A stretch of DNA of 64,000 nt from Chthoniobacterales bacterium (GTDB taxonomy: Bacteria; Verrucomicrobiota; Verrucomicrobiia; Chthoniobacterales; Chthoniobacteraceae): contig JBBQZX010000023.1 in assembly GCA_038207335.1 (NCBI GenBank), forward strand, positions 1-64,000. The letters are read 5' to 3'. Numbering within the stretch: the stretch's first letter is position 1; every line of letters begins with the position of its first letter. Under the pieces are notes generated by a model that was given only the letters and a program-made list of their open reading frames with translations, was not told where the DNA came from and searched no databases. Below, one piece after another: positions 60,884 through 64,000 of the stretch. Position numbers and translations under genes: made by a program.

Positions 60884-60913
60884 GGTATGGCATGGATGCC
60901 ATACCATCCATGC
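60884..60913 (+). promoter_or_regulatory. vapBC operator/promoter with overlapping inverted repeats
   Basis: GGTATGGCAT-gg-ATGCCATACC and GCATGGATG-N6-CATCCATGC covering a TACCAT -10. Confidence 0.65.
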
Positions 60914-61156
60914 ATGAAGATGACGATGCACATCGATGAGGGTGTTCTCTCCGAAGTCATGAGGATTACGGGCGTTGCCAGCAAAACTGGCGCGGTCGAA
61001 GTCGCGCTCACGGAGATGGTGAGGCGGAGTCGTTTCAAAGAACTCGCAAAAGCGGGACTCGGGTTGAACTCCGAGGAACTTAAAAACGTGTGGGAAGATC
61101 CGTTCGAGGAAAGGCTCCTCCGGGTCGCCGAAACTCCTCCCGACTATGCCAGCTAG
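60914..61156 (+). CDS. vapB: VapB-family antitoxin (RHH-type)
   Basis: MKMTMHIDE..L.EVM..TG..SKT.AV..AL.E; overlaps the PIN gene. Confidence 0.85.
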   Translation: MKMTMHIDEGVLSEVMRITGVASKTGAVEVALTEMVRRSRFKELAKAGLGLNSEELKNVWEDPFEERLLRVAETPPDYAS

Positions 61157-61538
61157 CGTGGTCGTCGATAGCTGTTTTTACATTGATCGACTCCGCGCGG
61201 GCATCGATCCATTCAAGGAGCTTGCTACTTACGCCGATACTTGGGAGTTCGCGACTTGTGGGGTCGTAACGCTCGAGGTGCTGCGTGGCGTCAAGCATAA
61301 GGCGTCGCATGACCGCATGCAGCAGCTTTTCAGCTCGATGATCTATATTCCCACCACTAATCCGATATGGGAGGGTGCCGCGGCCTTGGCTTGGCAGCTC
61401 GACCGCCTCGGGCGTCCGATGCAAGTGACTGACCTCCTCATCGCAGCCAGCGCCCTCCATTCCGAAGCTGTACTGCTAACCTTCGACCGCGATTTCAACG
61501 CCGTCCCCGGCTTGCGCGTCCTCTGCCGACTGAGCTAA
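61146..61538 (+). CDS. vapC: VapC PIN-domain toxin
   Basis: VVDSC, EVLRG, DLLIAA.AL, LLTFDRDF. Confidence 0.9.
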   Translation: MPASVVVDSCFYIDRLRAGIDPFKELATYADTWEFATCGVVTLEVLRGVKHKASHDRMQQLFSSMIYIPTTNPIWEGAAALAWQLDRLGRPMQVTDLLIAASALHSEAVLLTFDRDFNAVPGLRVLCRLS

Positions 61539-61719
61539 AATTGCACGAATTGTGGCGAAGGCGGTTTTGCGTGACACACGCTTTTAGCGGTGCTATGTGG
61601 TGCCCATGGTTCACGATGGCATGAGAAAGCTCAAAAGCTCCGGGAGGAGTGTTGGAGGTAAGTAAATCCCGCTGACGAAATTGCTTGCGCGTTTTTGCAA
61701 CCAACCCAGAACCGCCACA

Positions 61720-62217
61720 ATGGATCACGCGCTGCCTCGCCATTTGCAAACGAGCGTATGCATACTAGCGCTCGCGGGAGGCGGTTATTTGTCGCGGACA
61801 GCATGTTCCGTAGCGCAAGCATCTGAAGTCCCTCCCTTGGCGGCCGCGGAAGCCACAGCAAAGGATGTGGCTGAACTGGAACAGGAGAAGGCGGCGCGGA
61901 CTGAGGCTCAAAAGAAGCTGGATTCGCAAATCGTGCTCGCTCTCAAGAAAGCGCGGGGCGAACCGCCATTCGACAAACCGACCACCGTGCAGCCAGATCT
62001 CACGATCCGACCCGATGGGCGCGTTTCGGTCGATATGGATGCCGCTGTGTCGCAGGAGCTTTTGGAACAAATCGAGCGCGCAGGCGGAAAAGTCGTGAGC
62101 AGCTTTGCGGCTTCTCGGACGATCCGGGCATGGATTCCGCTGGAAAAAATCGAGTCGCTGGCGGCGCGCGACGATGTGAAATTCATTTCCCCTGCGGCTA
62201 CGGCCGCGACGAACTAA
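61720..62217 (+). CDS. Secreted stand-alone subtilase-propeptide-like protein
   Basis: Signal-like N-terminus; aligns by eye over about 115 aa with the prodomain of the next gene. Confidence 0.75.
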   Translation: MDHALPRHLQTSVCILALAGGGYLSRTACSVAQASEVPPLAAAEATAKDVAELEQEKAARTEAQKKLDSQIVLALKKARGEPPFDKPTTVQPDLTIRPDGRVSVDMDAAVSQELLEQIERAGGKVVSSFAASRTIRAWIPLEKIESLAARDDVKFISPAATAATN

Positions 62218-62276
62218 GCAGACCACGAGCGGGCGCGGCGGGCGCGATTTGACCGGAAGCAGCAGGCAAAAACCCC

Positions 62277-64000
62277 ATGAACACAACTCACAATCTTCGG
62301 CGCGCTCTCTTGGGCGTGAGGATCACCTGCATTCTCACGGCAGTAGTGCTGCTCCTCGGAAAAGCATTCGCCGCGGAGAGCATCGGCGCGAATACCCAGG
62401 CACAAATCGCGTCGCTGCTCGTGGAAAAAGAGTCACGCACGCCGGCCCAGCGGAAGCTGGATTCGCAGTTGATTTACTTTTCAAAGCAGACCCGAAATCA
62501 AGCGATCACGCCCGCGGTGGTTGCCCTGCAAACGAGTATTGAAGCGGACGCCGTGAAGCGTGTGCTGGTGGACATCAAGGCGACGGTTTCGCAGCCGCTG
62601 CTGGATTTCATCGCCGCGTCGGGCGGCTTAGTGGTGAATGAATTCGCGGCGTTCGACGCCATCCGCGCGCAATTGCCCGTCGGCTTTCTCGAGACGCTCG
62701 CGGCGCGCCGCGATGTTCGTTTCGTAGCGCCTGCGGGGAGGGCTCAGACGAATCTGGGTTCGGTCACTTCCCAAGGCGACCGCACCCATCGCGCGGATAC
62801 GGCGCGCACGGACTTTCGGACCAACGGCGGCAGCGGCGTGAAAATCGGTGTGATGTCCGACGGGGTGGATTCGCTCGCGGCGTCGATCGCGAGCGGAAAT
62901 CTCAACCCGAATACCACAGTCATCTCCGGTCAGGCGGGCTCAGGGGACGAAGGGACTGCGATGATGGAAATCGTCCAGGACCTCGCACCGAACGCGCAGA
63001 TTTATTTCGCAACCGCTTTCAACGGTCCGGCGAGTTTCGCATCGAACATCCTCGCGCTCCAAGCTGCCGGCTGCACCGTCATCGTGGACGACGTGACTTA
63101 TTTCAACGAGTCGCCGTTTCAGGATCAGCAAATCTCGCAGGCGGTGAATACCGTCTCGGCGGCTGGCGTGATGTATTTTTCCTCCGCGCGAAACTCCGGC
63201 AGCAAGGACAAGGGAACGTCGGGGACGTGGGAGGGAGATTTCGCGGACGGCGGCGCGGCGGCGGTCGGCTCGAAGGCGGGACGGCTGCACGATTTCGGGG
63301 GAGCGGTCACTTTCGACACGGTGAACTCCGGCGGCAGCAGCCGGCGTGTGGATTTGTTCTGGGCCGATCCGGTCGGAGCTTCGACCAACGATTACGATTT
63401 GTTCGTAACCGATGCGGCCGGGGCAGTGCTTCGCAGCTCGACGAATATCCAGAGTGGCACGCAAGACCCGTACGAATCCACAGGCACGCTGAATGTCGGC
63501 GAACGGATAGTGATCGTGAAAACAACGGCGGCGGCGAGCAGGTTCCTGCATCTGGATACCGGCCGGGGGGTGATCGCAATCAGCACGCCAGGCAATGTCC
63601 GCGGGCATAATGCGGCAGGGGCTGCCAATGCATTCAGCGTCGCCGCGACCGACGTGAACAACTCGCCGAGTCCGAATTTCTTCGTCGGTGGCGCGAGCAA
63701 TCCGGTCGAAGGCTTCAGTTCCGACGGCCCTCGGCGCATTTTTTTCAATCCGAATGGCACGGCGATCACCCCTGGCAATTTCTCCTCAACCGGCGGGACG
63801 GTGCTGCAAAAGCCCGATTTCACCGCGGCTGACGGCGGGGCGACTAGCGTGAGCGGATTCACCACTTTCTACGGCACGTCTGCCGCGGCACCACACGCCG
63901 CAGCCATCGCTGCGCTCATAAAATCGTACAATCCTGCGCTCACTCCCGCGCAGATTCGCAGCCTCCTCAGCAGCACCGCACTGGACATCGAGGGCGTCGG
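62277..64000 (+). CDS. Secreted S8/S53-type subtilase (partial, runs off right edge; not in ORF track)
   Basis: Manual translation from ATG 62277: signal peptide, prodomain, GVKIGVMSDGVD, GDEGTAMMEIVQDLAP, VIVDDV, SSARNSG, FSSDGP, KPDFTAADG, FYGTSAAAPHAAAIAAL. Confidence 0.9.
   Translation, partial: MNTTHNLRRALLGVRITCILTAVVLLLGKAFAAESIGANTQAQIASLLVEKESRTPAQRKLDSQLIYFSKQTRNQAITPAVVALQTSIEADAVKRVLVDIKATVSQPLLDFIAASGGLVVNEFAAFDAIRAQLPVGFLETLAARRDVRFVAPAGRAQTNLGSVTSQGDRTHRADTARTDFRTNGGSGVKIGVMSDGVDSLAASIASGNLNPNTTVISGQAGSGDEGTAMMEIVQDLAPNAQIYFATAFNGPASFASNILALQAAGCTVIVDDVTYFNESPFQDQQISQAVNTVSAAGVMYFSSARNSGSKDKGTSGTWEGDFADGGAAAVGSKAGRLHDFGGAVTFDTVNSGGSSRRVDLFWADPVGASTNDYDLFVTDAAGAVLRSSTNIQSGTQDPYESTGTLNVGERIVIVKTTAAASRFLHLDTGRGVIAISTPGNVRGHNAAGAANAFSVAATDVNNSPSPNFFVGGASNPVEGFSSDGPRRIFFNPNGTAITPGNFSSTGGTVLQKPDFTAADGGATSVSGFTTFYGTSAAAPHAAAIAALIKSYNPALTPAQIRSLLSSTALDIEGV

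Overview
GC-rich bacterial chromosomal segment, most likely Verrucomicrobiota (Chthoniobacterales/Spartobacteria-like). This placement is inferred from a PEP-CTERM autotransporter-repeat protein, PVC-type beta-propeller/heme proteins and the intergenic palindromes. About 50 CDS and one tRNA-Gln(UUG) are present. Housekeeping genes: nrdJ, gpmI, rpsN, infA, serS, tilS, typA, phoH. Glycogen/trehalose genes: malQ, treZ. Envelope genes: two L,D-transpeptidases, GT2, GH25, pqiAABC, a PHP-GT4 fusion and a DUF2334-like deacetylase. Also three PilT-family ATPases, an ECF sigma/anti-sigma pair, a vapBC module and a subtilase that runs off the right edge. No CRISPR array, prophage, integrase or transposase was seen. 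Most notable observations: (1) a free-standing gene that copies the propeptide of the adjacent Glu-for-His subtilase and stops at the predicted maturation site; (2) a PHP-phosphoesterase/GT4 fusion coupled to a deacetylase and divergent from an MCE lipid-transport operon; (3) a one-base frameshift in infA; (4) an unannotated 25-aa membrane microprotein; (5) DnaA and NrdR boxes ahead of nrdJ; (6) a 22-bp tandem array; (7) kb-scale flips of G/C skew inside genes. All family assignments come from motif recognition by eye, not database searches.
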